Notes under the pieces: generated by a model | What the model was told of the DNA's origin: nothing | The model's database searches: none | The model's input: the letters and a program-made list of their open reading frames with translations, nothing else | Shown here: in pieces, positions 14,720 to 29,108 of the stretch | How positions within the stretch are numbered: the stretch's first letter is position 1 | Layout of the letters: the number at the start of each line of letters is the position of its first letter | NCBI GenBank assembly: GCA_964016885.1 | Contig: OZ024748.1 | Span: 55,304,001 to 55,368,000, forward strand | Source: Eledone cirrhosa | Lineage: Eukaryota | Length of the DNA: 64,000 nt | Direction of reading: 5' to 3' | Translations under genes and position numbers: made by a program

Positions 14720-15027
14720 AACACAAACACACAAACACAAACACACGCGAACCATCCTCTACACAGAAACACACTTACAGTGATACTCTATACTCCATAT
14801 GTAAGCTGTGTGTCGGTTCCTTCATTCTGTGAAACAATGATGAAATAGTTAAGTTAGCTCATTTGGCTTAATTCGAAAGTGATTTGCTAGAGATAAGCTA
14901 CAAAGTAAGCCACTGCGACAATTTAACGTCTTTTATCAGCTCATCTCTTCCAATCAATAGAATTTCGGAGAAAATTACAACGCAGATGGGCGACTGGACA
15001 CTGGCCAACATTTTTAACACACTTCAG

Positions 15028-15347
15028 CCATCCTCCACCCTTCGCCCACCGTTCCCCCAACCTTCGCCCACCCTTTCCACCACCCTTCCCCCAACCTTCG
15101 CCCACCCTTCCACCACCCTTGCCCACCCTTCCCCCACCCTTCTCCCGCCCTTCCCCCACCCTTTGCACGCCCTGCCCCAAACCTTCACCCACCCTTCCCC
15201 CAACCTTCACCCACTCTTCCCTCACCCTTCCCCACCCTTCCACAACACTTCGCCCACCCTTCGCGCATCCTTCGCGCATCCTTCGCCCGCCCTTCCCCCA
15301 ACCTTCACCCACCCTTCATCCACCCTTCCCCAAACCTTCCCCCACCT
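15028..15347. repeat. C-rich minisatellite (about 11-bp CTTCCCCACCC-like unit)
   Basis: Direct reading. The Pro-rich and Gly-rich ORFs here are by-products. Confidence 0.85.
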
Positions 15348-15602
15348 TAACATATCTCTCTCCACAAAGTTCGATCACCAGTAGCAGAGTTCAAAGAGCA
15401 AAGATCAAGTCCAGTCCATGAATTGACATTGTCAAGCCATCGTTTTGGCTGTCGGCTTCTGCTTCTCTACCAGCCAACCTTCCTTCCAGACATAACCCCG
15501 TAAAATAAATGGCATAACACACAACGGAGGGATTTGAAATCAGAACGTCAAGAGGCGTAGCTCAAAGCTGATAATGCTAAGCCACCACCATTCTATCAAT
15601 AA

Positions 15603-15787
15603 TTGTTTCTAATTTTGGCACAAGGCCAGCAATTATGCCAATGTATTACTGGTACTTTATTTTATCGACCCCGTAAGGATGAAAGGCAAAGTTAACCTAG
15701 GCGGGATTTGGACTCAGAATGGCAAGGGCCGTAACTCAATGCGTCAAAGCATGGCGTCCGACCCTCTACCGACACTGCCAATCCACC
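15603..15787 (-). mobile_element. Meta-like tRNA SINE
   Basis: Near full-length match to the other copies. Confidence 0.85.
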
Positions 15788-16375
15788 AATAATGACTTAT
15801 AATGAGAAAATGGATTAATCATTTATAACATTGTATTTCTAATATTGTATTTTCAATGAAATACAATATCTCTCTTTGATTTCATTTTGAAAATAGTCCA
15901 GAAATTGGAAGGATATCGTAAAATAAAGCATTTTGTCATTGACGAGGGGCTATTTAGAACGAAACGGAAGTTCTGTTGGAAACTTTTAATTAAAATATGG
16001 ATATAATAATGACGTTTTGAGTCATGAAAATATATATGGCCTACGGCAGATTAAAATATTACACACACATACGTATGTATGCACACACACGCACACATAC
16101 GTATGTATACGCACACACACATACACCCCCCACCCCACCCCCACACACACAATAAATCGAATGTATTTCGCAAATATCTAAAACAACCGAAATGGAATAT
16201 TTTAATAACATATAATTTGAGAATAAACAATACATTTTGTAAAAAGTAATTTCCCCACCTCCTTGCATACCTTATACTCAGTTTCTCCCACGCATTGAGC
16301 TTCCCCTCTCTAAACCTGTTAAAGAATGGGATTTCGGCGTTGCTTCCAATGCCATCACAGCTGGTTCCACTGACC

Positions 16376-16415
<40 letters not shown>

Positions 16416-16458
16416 TGTCTTTCCCTAAAGACGTACGACCAACACACTCGCCACACTA

Positions 16459-16495
<37 letters not shown>

Positions 16496-16520
16496 TATAT
16501 GCATTTACTCTCTCTCTCTG

Positions 16521-16580
<60 letters not shown>

Positions 16581-16586
16581 TGTATG

Positions 16587-16630
<44 letters not shown>

Positions 16631-16633
16631 TAA

Positions 16634-16816
16634 TTGTTTCTACTTTAGACACAAGGCCAGCAATTACCCAGAGCATTAGTGGTACTTTATTTTATCGACC
16701 CCGTAAGGATGAAAGGCAAAGTTAACCTCGGCGAGATTTGAACTCAGATCGTAAAAGGACGTAACTATGCTGGAAAGCATGGCGTCCGACCCTCTACTGA
16801 TACTGCCAATCCACCG
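16634..16816 (-). mobile_element. Meta-like tRNA SINE, 3' end abutting (TA)n
   Basis: Near full-length match to the other copies. Confidence 0.85.
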
Positions 16817-16936
16817 ATACATAATGTGTGGGTTTTGATAATAGACAATAAAGTTAAAGTTGAATTAGTTTATTGTTTTACGATCGTTTCGGGGGTTTAG
16901 AACGTCAACGTTCCCACCATAAACAAATGGAAATCA

Positions 16937-17016
<80 letters not shown>

Positions 17017-17404
17017 CTATTTTGGTTTTGCATTTTGTCCACTAACTACATGCACCTTCCCTGTGAATAGTATTGCTATATGTTGGCATGTGTATTTGTG
17101 TACACTTTATCTTGTGCATATAATTAAGACCAATGGCATATGATATTCTGTGATACTTATTGAAATATATATGTATGCATAAGCGAGAGGTATCCGAGGA
17201 CCGCGCGATTTCAGAGTCAGGTTTGAACACCACATTGATCGTGCCTAGAGCTGGTCGCCCGAGAAACAATTGTAATATGTACAATAAATTCCTTTCGTCG
17301 CAACACTGATTCTCTTTTTTCTGTGATATCATACTCTGCTCTATGACAGCAACGAGTGATCAGACGGCCTATCGCATAAGGACGCTTTAAGCATCCAACA
17401 CCAA

Positions 17405-18065
17405 TCTATATATATAAAGCTGTGGTTGTCTGTCTGTCTATCGATTTTTGGCACACATCTCCTCTTAGAATCTCTGACGGAATTGCACCGAAATTGCTAT
17501 ACTTATACATTGAGCTCTAGCGGAGACATCGGAAAAAAAATATTTCAAATTGACCCACCCTATGTGACGAAATCGAATCTAATGTATCGATTTTTGAGCG
17601 TAAGTGACGAGTTATTTCCCTTTGTTCTGTTTACATTGAGCGTCTTACGTTCTGTTTACATTTTCTGCGTGCAAAAATTAAAAAAATTACGCTGGCTTTC
17701 TCAGCGTTTAAAATGACATTAACACAATACACGAACAGTTGTCGAGCCAGCAAAATTTTGACCTGCAAAATTCATCAGTTCGAACACTAAGCTTCCGTTT
17801 TGCTTCATTTCCATTTAAAAGCCTTTTAAAACAATATTTTAATTGAAAACAAGTCTATTTAAAGACTACGTAAAACAAGCAAATATTTCGTAAAAAAAGA
17901 AGCAAAAATTATATAAGTTTATTTAAAATATATGTATCTGTCAATATCGTTAGGCGTGCAGACAGACAGTCGTTCAGACAGACTTTAAGCCAAAAAAGAA
18001 ACTTAACATCGTAACTTTAACACAGCTACTGAGCGACCCCGAGCAACGCCGGGCTTTACTGCTAG
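17405..18065 (+). mobile_element. Non-autonomous Helitron
   Basis: Starts A|TCTATATATATAAAG and ends with hairpin CCCGAGCAACGCCGGG (18038-18053) then CTAG|T. No TSD. Confidence 0.8.
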
Positions 18066-18247
18066 TTATATATATACATGTACGGCAACACTCATCTTTT
18101 TCCATTTCTCCGAGGGTTTATAAACCCCACTATCAGGCTGGAAAGTTCTTTAGTCTAAAATACGGTGAAAGCTTATAATTTCTAATTTCAAACTCGCGCA
18201 CCGTTTCAAAAACATACTTACATGTTTACGTTTATAATTTGGTTGTT

Positions 18248-18320
<73 letters not shown>

Positions 18321-18348
18321 CTACATACACACTGTGGAATGAAACTTG

Positions 18349-18776
18349 AAATGTAATCTGAGTTTTTCGAATATTAATAATAACATTCGATTCGTTTGCA
18401 ATTTTGCAAACAAGCCTCATTTTTATAGCCATGTCAGTAGAATGAACACTTCATTCTTGCTCGTGTGTTGGCATGCGAACAGAACTGCAGACATTAATGT
18501 CTCTGGGTATCTAATATGCAAATCAGGCCGATCAGTCACTGTGTATTTTTGAAAATAGCATATACTTTCACTAGCTCTGACAGTTTGGCAGGTGAAAAGT
18601 GAACTGTACTGATGAAGGGTAATACCCAGAAACATTAGTGTCTGCAGTTATGTTCGCATGCCAACACAAGAGCAAGAATGAAGTGTTCATTCTACTGATA
18701 TGGCTTTAAAAATGAGGCTTGTTTGCGAAATTGCAAACGAATCGAATGTTATTAATATTCGAAAAACGCAAATTAC

Positions 18777-18780
<4 letters not shown>
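18349..18780. mobile_element. About 160-bp imperfect inverted duplication of a hammerhead-bearing terminus (Penelope pseudo-LTR-like)
   Basis: 18349-18510 is the reverse complement of 18622-18780 with scattered substitutions. The right arm overlaps the hammerhead and ends at (TA)n. Confidence 0.7.
18602..18649 (+). ncRNA. Type I hammerhead ribozyme motif
   Basis: AACTGTA-CTGATGA-AGGGTAATACCCA-GAAA-CATTAGTG-TC-TGCAGTT. Stem I is 7 bp and the triplet is GUC. The base of stem II is an A-A mismatch. Confidence 0.75.
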
Positions 18781-18844
<64 letters not shown>

Positions 18845-18894
18845 GTGTGTGTGTGTGTGTGTTTGCGTGTGTATTTATACATGTACATATATAC

Positions 18895-18956
<62 letters not shown>

Positions 18957-21900
18957 ACTATCACTGATGATTTCAGTGATACCGTTGACGATATCTTCAT
19001 TAGTACCAAAGATCGTATCAGTACCGCCAGGAAAAGTTAGTTAATATTGTGATGTATATTTAGAATGTTGTTATATACTGAAGAAGCTAATCTAAATGAT
19101 TAATTCAATTTTGAAAATTACATACGACTGGTTCTTATACAAAGCTTGTCCCCCACTCAGATAAGAATATATATATATATATATATATATATTGTGTGAA
19201 TGTGTATGCTGATAACTTCCACAATACATAGAAATGCAGATCAATTTCTCCTAATAAGAAAAAGGATCTGCTCATGCTTGTTGTAGTTAGATGTGGGTGT
19301 ACACCTATTATTCTGAACACGGAATTACATTGAAAGATAAGGTCAATTCTATAGTGGACGCATGGTTAAAAATTGATGGTTATAATATGTATATACATTT
19401 CTGTGATAGCTGTAACATCAATACTGTGTATTCTGGTAGAAGACCATTGAGTTTGTCTCTCTGTTTTGAATGATATGCCTAATGCCCAAATGTCAGTAAA
19501 GTTAGATTTGCTGTCAGCAACAAGAATGATGAAGTCTTGCATAAACATTAGCTTTTCAAGTTTCATTCCATAGTATTATCATCAGTGCTTTTGTCATTTA
19601 GAGGAGTCTTAATATGATAGAGGAAAACAAGTTTCGTATGTGACACAAACCATTATAGAAATAGGTATATGGAAGGAATGAATGAATTGCATTTTATCAA
19701 ATATACGAACATTGCTTCAATGAATTTGTACCCGGTGAGCAGGAAAAAACAACAAAAATACAACAAATATATTAAACATATGAAGAAGATTTCGTCATTG
19801 TTATTGAGAATTGTCATCACTCTGAAAACGTTAATGAATCTGCCAGATACAGAATGAACGAAATAACTAAGCTTATGTATTTTATGCTAACCAGATAGAT
19901 AAGTTATGGGAGTCATGATTCGAGACATTTACAGAGTTCACATAGAAGGATTGAACATGATATACCTTTGAAATCGATTATCGTGGAGGTATTCCATGCA
20001 TTGTTTCAAACCTTTCAGTAATGACCACGCTGCCATCATGAAAATAGGATTATCATATGATTTACTGATGTTTAACTGTAAATTTGTCAGTAGAATGATG
20101 GACGTGGTTAAAGGTTATGTTCAGTTAAATGCTTACAATTCATACATTGAAAATATTTATGTGAATAACAATGCAATCACGTTTTGAATCACCAATCAAA
20201 ATTCTAGAAAATAAAAGATATCTGGATACAAAGCAGGCATTACGTCAACTTAGTGGTTATTGAAGTACAGAATGATTAAATAGCAACTAGGAATTGACTC
20301 AAGATCCCAATTATATTAACTTAAAACAAAAGAACCATCAAATTTAAGATAATGGTATAATGAATTACAAATAAGCTGAAATTTATGATTACACATTTCA
20401 TAAGAGTTTTTGTTGTTGTTGTGACATATTTAGCAACACATCAACTTAACAAACATTCGTTGACAGACATTCCAGCTCATAAACAGTTCAATTTTAAGAT
20501 ATTGTTGTATAATTTGAAATACATTTGACTGTGAGTTCTTGCAGGTTCAACAAGAACATAGTCACAAAAGATGTGGAAGCAACTCAAAAGGACATTTATT
20601 TTAAGTACATACTGGTGGTTTGCGTTGCTTTTCCTCACAAAGCAAATCCTGATTGAGCAGGCACGGTTTCAAAGCATTTACAGCCAATTGGTCTTTTCCC
20701 TCAGACCAATTTCCCCTGGACACTGCATTGCGCCTTTCTTCTAAGAAAGTACAGTGCTATTTCAGGAATATTTGTCTGCAATTTATAGCCCACCAATCTA
20801 CCGCATAGAGGGCCTTCCTTGGCGACTTATGGTGCGACATTACTTATGGAAAGTGTGTTTTTAATGTAACATCATTAAAATCATGGCAAGATTAACATTT
20901 ACTAGTAACTGATATGAAAAATGTGTGTTTTTTAAAAACAATTTTTTGCAGAAGGACATGTAGGTGGAACGTCCGGTCCAAGGTAAATAAGTTCTATACA
21001 CAATTAAATAAAAGAACCAATCTCTATGTGGTAGATTGACGTGTTAGGAATAATAGTAAAATAACTTTTAAATAAGATAAGACTGTTATTAAATGAAAGA
21101 TTTGTTCATGTTGTCTAATGTGGAAATAGTTTTACAAATATTAAGGATGGGCATGGTTTGTCATTCGTTTGTCTGTTCAATCATGGCCGAAGCTTTATAA
21201 ATTACATTACGTTTTACACTCATCTATCGCCACGTAATAGTTGTAAGTCTTTTGTTACATTGTATTTATTAAAAAAAAACAGCAACCTTTCTTTAACAGT
21301 AATTGGATGTCTATAGAAACGTTTAGCTGTTGTATTTTATCTTTGGCGCTTATTGATGGTTAACCATTTCTTGATATAGGACTGACTCTGGCTTTATGAT
21401 ACAAGGCTATATGCTTTAAAGTGTTTATATTTATCTACAATCATTCCTTCATAATGATAGACAAAAAACGTTTTGTTACAAACACTAACGTAGTAGTGAG
21501 AAAGTTCGAATATATATTAAATAATTCTAAATTTTTGATTATTTTCAAAATAATTTGAAAATTATAGGCAGACATTTTATTAGAGATGTGGTAAAAAAAT
21601 GAGTGAAGGAAAAACCAAAGCATTTTCACAACGCTAATAATGAGCGAGGACATGGTAGTTATTAGTCAAATGTATATCTAGAAAAAATATGAAATAACCC
21701 AATAACACCATTCAACAAAGGCCATGAACAAACATTTTGATTTCTTGCCTGAATAATAAACAGCCACTAGTATGGATCAAGACTCTATTACTTATGCCGG
21801 ACTAGGTTTTGAAACCTTAGGTAGCAAGCAACTATGTTAAGTAACAATATGAACGATAATAACATATAAATTTCATATGCTTAAAATGTATACGGAAACT

Positions 21901-22120
21901 TCGGTTTCGGGGTCCAGTTATGGCCACCACTGTATAGTGGAGAGCCGTTTCAAAACTCTTCTCTAATAGGGCGCTAGGACAAAATGACGAAAACATATAC
22001 TAGATAAGCTCTCTTGAAATAGACTGAGCATTGTTTTCCTTGACCTTTCATCTACGGATATCCTGCATACACACGCACATTAACACGTACACACACACAC
22101 ACATATATATTTATATGCAT

Positions 22121-22151
<31 letters not shown>

Positions 22152-22197
22152 TATACATATATGTGTGTGTATATATATATTTATGTATATATATATA

Positions 22198-22228
<31 letters not shown>

Positions 22229-23051
22229 GCGTGTGTGTGTATGTATATGTATGTTTACATAGGTGGGTATATATATGTATATATACGTACATATATATAT
22301 ATATATATATGTGTGTGTATATATATATATTAATTAATATACAATTCATAATCCTATTATCAACTTTGAATTTAGAAGATTCTAACCATCTGTTCAACAT
22401 ACGTGCAACATACGTTAATATAAATTTCTATCACAATCGATCTTAAAAGCCATTTAAGTAAGTTTACATTATATGTGTATCTACTTTGATTATAACTATA
22501 AATTAAAGCACGCTTCAATTTGATTATTTACTTTTAAAATATTTCCATATTTTCCCTATGCACAGTAGCTGAGTGGAAACTATTTACGTTTCTGGAAGCA
22601 ATTACACATTTTCTTAAAAAGTCGGAATTAGAAGCTACTTAAGGCATTTATAAACAGTAAAGTGTATGAGTATGTGTGGGTGGGGGAAGAGTGAGAGATA
22701 GTGATAGTGAAAGAGAGAGAGAGAGAGAGAGGGGGTACAGAGGGATGGAAGGAGGGAAAAGGATTTGTTGAATCCTTTCGGCCGAATAAATAAATGCCTA
22801 TGGGAGTTATTACATGTATGAACAGATAAACGTGTTTCATTTCAATAGCTTATTGAATTGTCAAAAGAGACAAGGTTTTAATGAAAATACGTAGTGGAAT
22901 AGAAATAGTGCTATTGATTTTATATATATACACACGTGGCTACAAATATATACTCACGAATATATATATATATATGTGTGTATATATATATATTCGTGCA
23001 TGTATGAGTGTGTGTGTGTGCATAAAAGAAAAAAAATTATGATAGCGTATA

Positions 23052-23102
<51 letters not shown>

Positions 23103-23156
23103 GTCTAACGAAGTGTGTGTTAGTCTGGGAATTAAAATAAACTTAAAGGAATATGA

Positions 23157-23196
<40 letters not shown>

Positions 23197-23459
23197 TTAT
23201 CTTGATAATATGTTATAGAAAGTAAGCTGAGAAAGGGGGAGGCCTTGAAAGCAACTCCATTTAAGGATAGAGAACAGAAAATTAACGTAGTAATCAATAC
23301 ATTAATACAAATGTCCACAAACCTATATTCAATATATACATACGCATACGCTCACGTACGCAGGTGTGTGTGTATGTGCATATATTATACATATTTATTT
23401 ACAAATCACGCTAATACAGCCCTACACACACATATACAGACAGACAGACAAACGGACAT

Positions 23460-23490
<31 letters not shown>

Positions 23491-23850
23491 CATATATATT
23501 CACATAAAAAATGATAAACAGAACTACAAAAACAATTAGTGTTGTTAGTTTCACGCTTTGAGCGAAAGAGATAAAAGAAGGTCAACGTATCGGACGGTGT
23601 TCGTTTGTCAGGAGAGTACCAGTAAATAGATTAGAAAATTAAAAAGGGAAAAAGTGAGTGTGTGTATGTGTGTGTGCTGTTGTTAATTTTTGTGTGTATC
23701 ATCAGATATATTGGTAGAGTGGTCTATTATTCTCTAGTTGCCATCGCATTCAGCAAATGGATTTAACCATTTACTAGTGTTTATATTATTATATCAAATA
23801 AATAAATAATTAAAAACAAAAAATAAAGAAACCATTATTATATCAAATAA

Positions 23851-24060
23851 GGTGGATTGGCAGATTCAGAAGAGCATCGGGCACCATGCTTTGCAGTATA
23901 GAGTTGCGCCCCTTTAGAATCTGATTTCCCGCCAAAGTTAGTTTTGCCTTTTATCCTTACGGTGTCGGTAACATAAACACCAGTAACGCACCGGGTCGAT
24001 TTAATCGAATTTCCCCCCCCCCCTTCAAATTGCTGGCCTTGTGCTTAAAGTTGAAACAAT
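23851..24060 (+). mobile_element. Meta-like tRNA SINE
   Basis: GGTGGATTGGCAG head, GCCTTTTATCCTTACGGTGTCGGTAA core, TTGCTGGCCTTGTGC tail. Confidence 0.8.
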
Positions 24061-24491
24061 TATTATACCAAGTAGAATCCAGAATAATCGTAGAAAGAAA
24101 GCGAGGTCAACATAGGGCTGAAATCAGGACATACAGCAATTTGCTTTGCTGCTAGATACAGTTTACACCGGACGACTGGTACATTGGCAGAACATACACC
24201 GGCAATGCACAACCTCTATAACAAAGACAGGAAACTGTCTCATGCAGCCACGCAATTTACTATTAATGACAAGGGATAGCAGCTTAAAATATATACATCT
24301 GAAGCTGAATCTCTATTTCTAGAACAAACTCTCCCATTCATCCAACTGTCTGTTACGTTAACTAGGTATATTGGCATTCTAACCCCCACCACTTTAGTCA
24401 CGTGTTTTTCCTCTTTAATATATACATGCGTGAATGCATCGAAATCACCCATACACACACACACATATATAGTACACACAAATCTCTCTCG

Positions 24492-24542
<51 letters not shown>

Positions 24543-24619
24543 GAGAGTACGAGCTCCTGTGCATACATACGCCATTAATTACGGATTGGTTATAATGCAA
24601 AAATTCGTTTGCCCACTGC

Positions 24620-24650
<31 letters not shown>

Positions 24651-25241
24651 GTGTGTGTTTGTGTCTATTTTTATATATGCAAATATACACGTATACATAC
24701 ATATATTAATACATATATTCACACTAAAAATATACTTGCATAAATGGATACATACATACATACAGAGATACTTATATACATAAATATATATATGCCTTTA
24801 CATACTTATATACTTATATAGCCATAGTGAGACGCCGCAAGTAGAAGATCTTCTAACGAACAAATGACGGCAGATTTTCGTGTCCGTTTATCTAAATTGC
24901 GTCATTCGTTTCACATTGCCTCTTGGAATAAAGGCGACGTCAAGCAACACTGACAAGGGAGATTTAGTCTAAAGTGACATATACGCCTCCTAGCGACATA
25001 TATATCCATTTACTATAGCTGCTTTGGACAGATTATTTACAGGAGGGCTTGATTTTTCAGATTGAAAACGATTGCCATTTCGCGCAAGTAATGGAAGCTG
25101 GCGCACAACCTTGCTGTCAATTGAACGGAAAGACCAAATAATAAAAATAAAAGGAAAACAGAAAAGAAATAAAAAATAATAATAAATAGGAAAGAAGGGA
25201 AATTAGATAAGAATATATATATTTATATATATATACAGGCA

Positions 25242-25297
<56 letters not shown>

Positions 25298-25443
25298 TAT
25301 AGGGACATACGCACACATATATATATATATAAATATATAGGAATATACACATATATGTACACACAGACACATATACATATAGACTCACACACGTTTATTT
25401 TGACATGTATAACTCTGTCACTACACATACACACATTCATTCA

Positions 25444-25490
<47 letters not shown>

Positions 25491-25734
25491 ATATAAAAAA
25501 AAAAATAATTTGTACAATTTTAGCCCCGAGGTATGTACAATGTAATATATAAGCTTTATATATTAGTGAGTTTACTAAAGTTCTTTTCTGTCGTCCTCCT
25601 TGTCTGTTTCAGTTTCTGTGTTTATATGTAAATGGATACATGTATGTATACATATACATTACATATATATATATATATATGTATACGTGTGGATGTAATC
25701 AACTGGATTTATCTATATATCAATTTCAAGAAAT

Positions 25735-27388
<1,654 letters not shown>

Positions 27389-27639
27389 TCATGGTGTGTG
27401 ATGTGTAGATTTATAAACATACGAATGTTTGATCGTCATCGATTCTAACGATGGCTGTTCCAGTTGTTTCGATGAATGGACAATACAGCTCATGAACCTA
27501 ACCTGCACGATGATGATTATATCGCAGACATCTATATTTCAATGATCCTTATCATTGAGATTCTTCGATTAGAAATGTAGTAAGTTTCAACACTATACTT
27601 ATTAACAAATGTTTGTTTCAAACCAAACACAACTTAAAC

Positions 27640-27949
27640 CAGGGGCGTGCAGCGGCCGGCCCGCAGGCCACATAGCCAGCCCACCAGACCAGTCAGAGTG
27701 GCTCGCGATTACCGTTTTTAATTATTACCTTGTAGGCTTATATACAATTTTTCTCGTAACTGTGATACAATTTTCTGTTAGTTGACCCTATAGGGCTTCA
27801 CTGATAGCTTGATGTGTGTTATAATTTCCCAGTTATATTATCATGGAAAGAAGTTGTGGTGATCTCTTCGGAGTAGTGCTTAATAAATATTAATGGCCCT
27901 AATAGTTGTTCAAAAGTGGCCCACCAATGGAATATGTTGCACACCATTG
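27640..27949. mobile_element. hAT-superfamily MITE
   Basis: Imperfect TIRs CAGGGGCGTGCAGC / GTTGCACACCATTG and a perfect 8-bp TSD ACTTAAAC (27632-27639, 27950-27957). Confidence 0.8.
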
Positions 27950-29108
27950 ACTTAAACGAATGATCCGAAGACTTTTAAATATTTGCTTTGTCTATCTACG
28001 CACATCCTATAAATCTTTGGATTAATCTTTCTACTTTGAGCTTACTTCTTTGCAATTGTTATTTTACATGCTTCTATATTTTTAATTTTGGAAAATAATT
28101 CCTTTTTATTTGTTCTTGCCATTGCTTTTCATTCCCATTATATAACAATATGAGATTTGAAGCACATTTTCATTTCCTTGATTTTTAAGGCGGTGACATG
28201 GCAGAATCGTTAGACCGTCTCGTAAACTGCTTGCAATATTTGTTCCGGAACATTCTGACGTCATGGAAGTGTGTTCACAAGGAGTTTGACAGCTGTTGCT
28301 CATTTCTTTATGTGGTTAATCTTATTAAGATTTCTAATGCTAGAAATTGCATTTCTCTATACTTATAGATTCCATTTAATTCTTAAACATAACTAAATGG
28401 TCATTTTGTAGAATAATAAAATTTAAAATAAAACATCCAAATACTTCGATGGTTTTGAAATTACAACCCACAAATGTGTGAATTTCGAAACTTCATATAC
28501 ATGACTATATCTCTTCTATAAATTCATCTGAATACAAAACAATATATGATAGAAATAAAGAGAACCAGAACCCCCTCACCCGAAACGCTACAACAAATAC
28601 ACAGAAGTCAGGTTGTAAATCAACAAAGTAAAAAAATCGAATAAATTCAATTATATATATTAATATCGAACACTAATAAATAGAGGATAAATAAAATGAA
28701 GACATCCTAATATAAGTATAGATAAAGTGCTTCATTTGTATTTCTTTGCTTTCATAACAAGGAAAACAATCCGCCAAGACGTTTTTAACAAGTTGTAAAA
28801 TATCCTCTTTGACAGTTTACTTGTCTTCAGATGATATAAAGATGTTTCCCTCTGTTGAGAGTTGACGAAAACAAACCATTATTATTATTATTATTGAATG
28901 CCATGGTTGACGGAGGCTCGGCTCTGTAAGGTATAGTAATTTTTAACCGTTAAAACAATTGTAAATTGTTTAAAGCTTGAACCAAATTGTTGATAAAGAC
29001 ACCCTCCTCCTCGTGAGAGGGGTCTTTCTGTCCGTTATTTGGCCCTTCGGGGTTAAATAACCAGTTATTGGGGTTTTGTACCCAAAATTTCATTTTAAAC
29101 AAAAAAAC

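Noticed and set aside
14884-15421. Pro-rich extensin-like ORFs
   Set aside because: By-product of the C-rich minisatellite.
13932-19585. Isolated CTGATGA matches (minus strand 13932, 17772, 19579; plus strand 18964)
   Set aside because: They lack a correctly placed GAAA, NUH and stem I/II pairing, so they were not counted as hammerheads.
19200-21935. Microsatellite-free 2.7-kb block ending in TATGGCCACCACTGTA (Tc1-like TIR end)
   Set aside because: It may be an old DNA transposon, but I found no matching left TIR or transposase motif.
28995-29061. Possible HDV-like ribozyme in the Tx1 5' UTR (CTCCTCGT resembles the L3 loop)
   Set aside because: No P1 partner, no GG for P1.1 and no J4/2-P2 could be placed. 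A simple hairpin explains the sequence.
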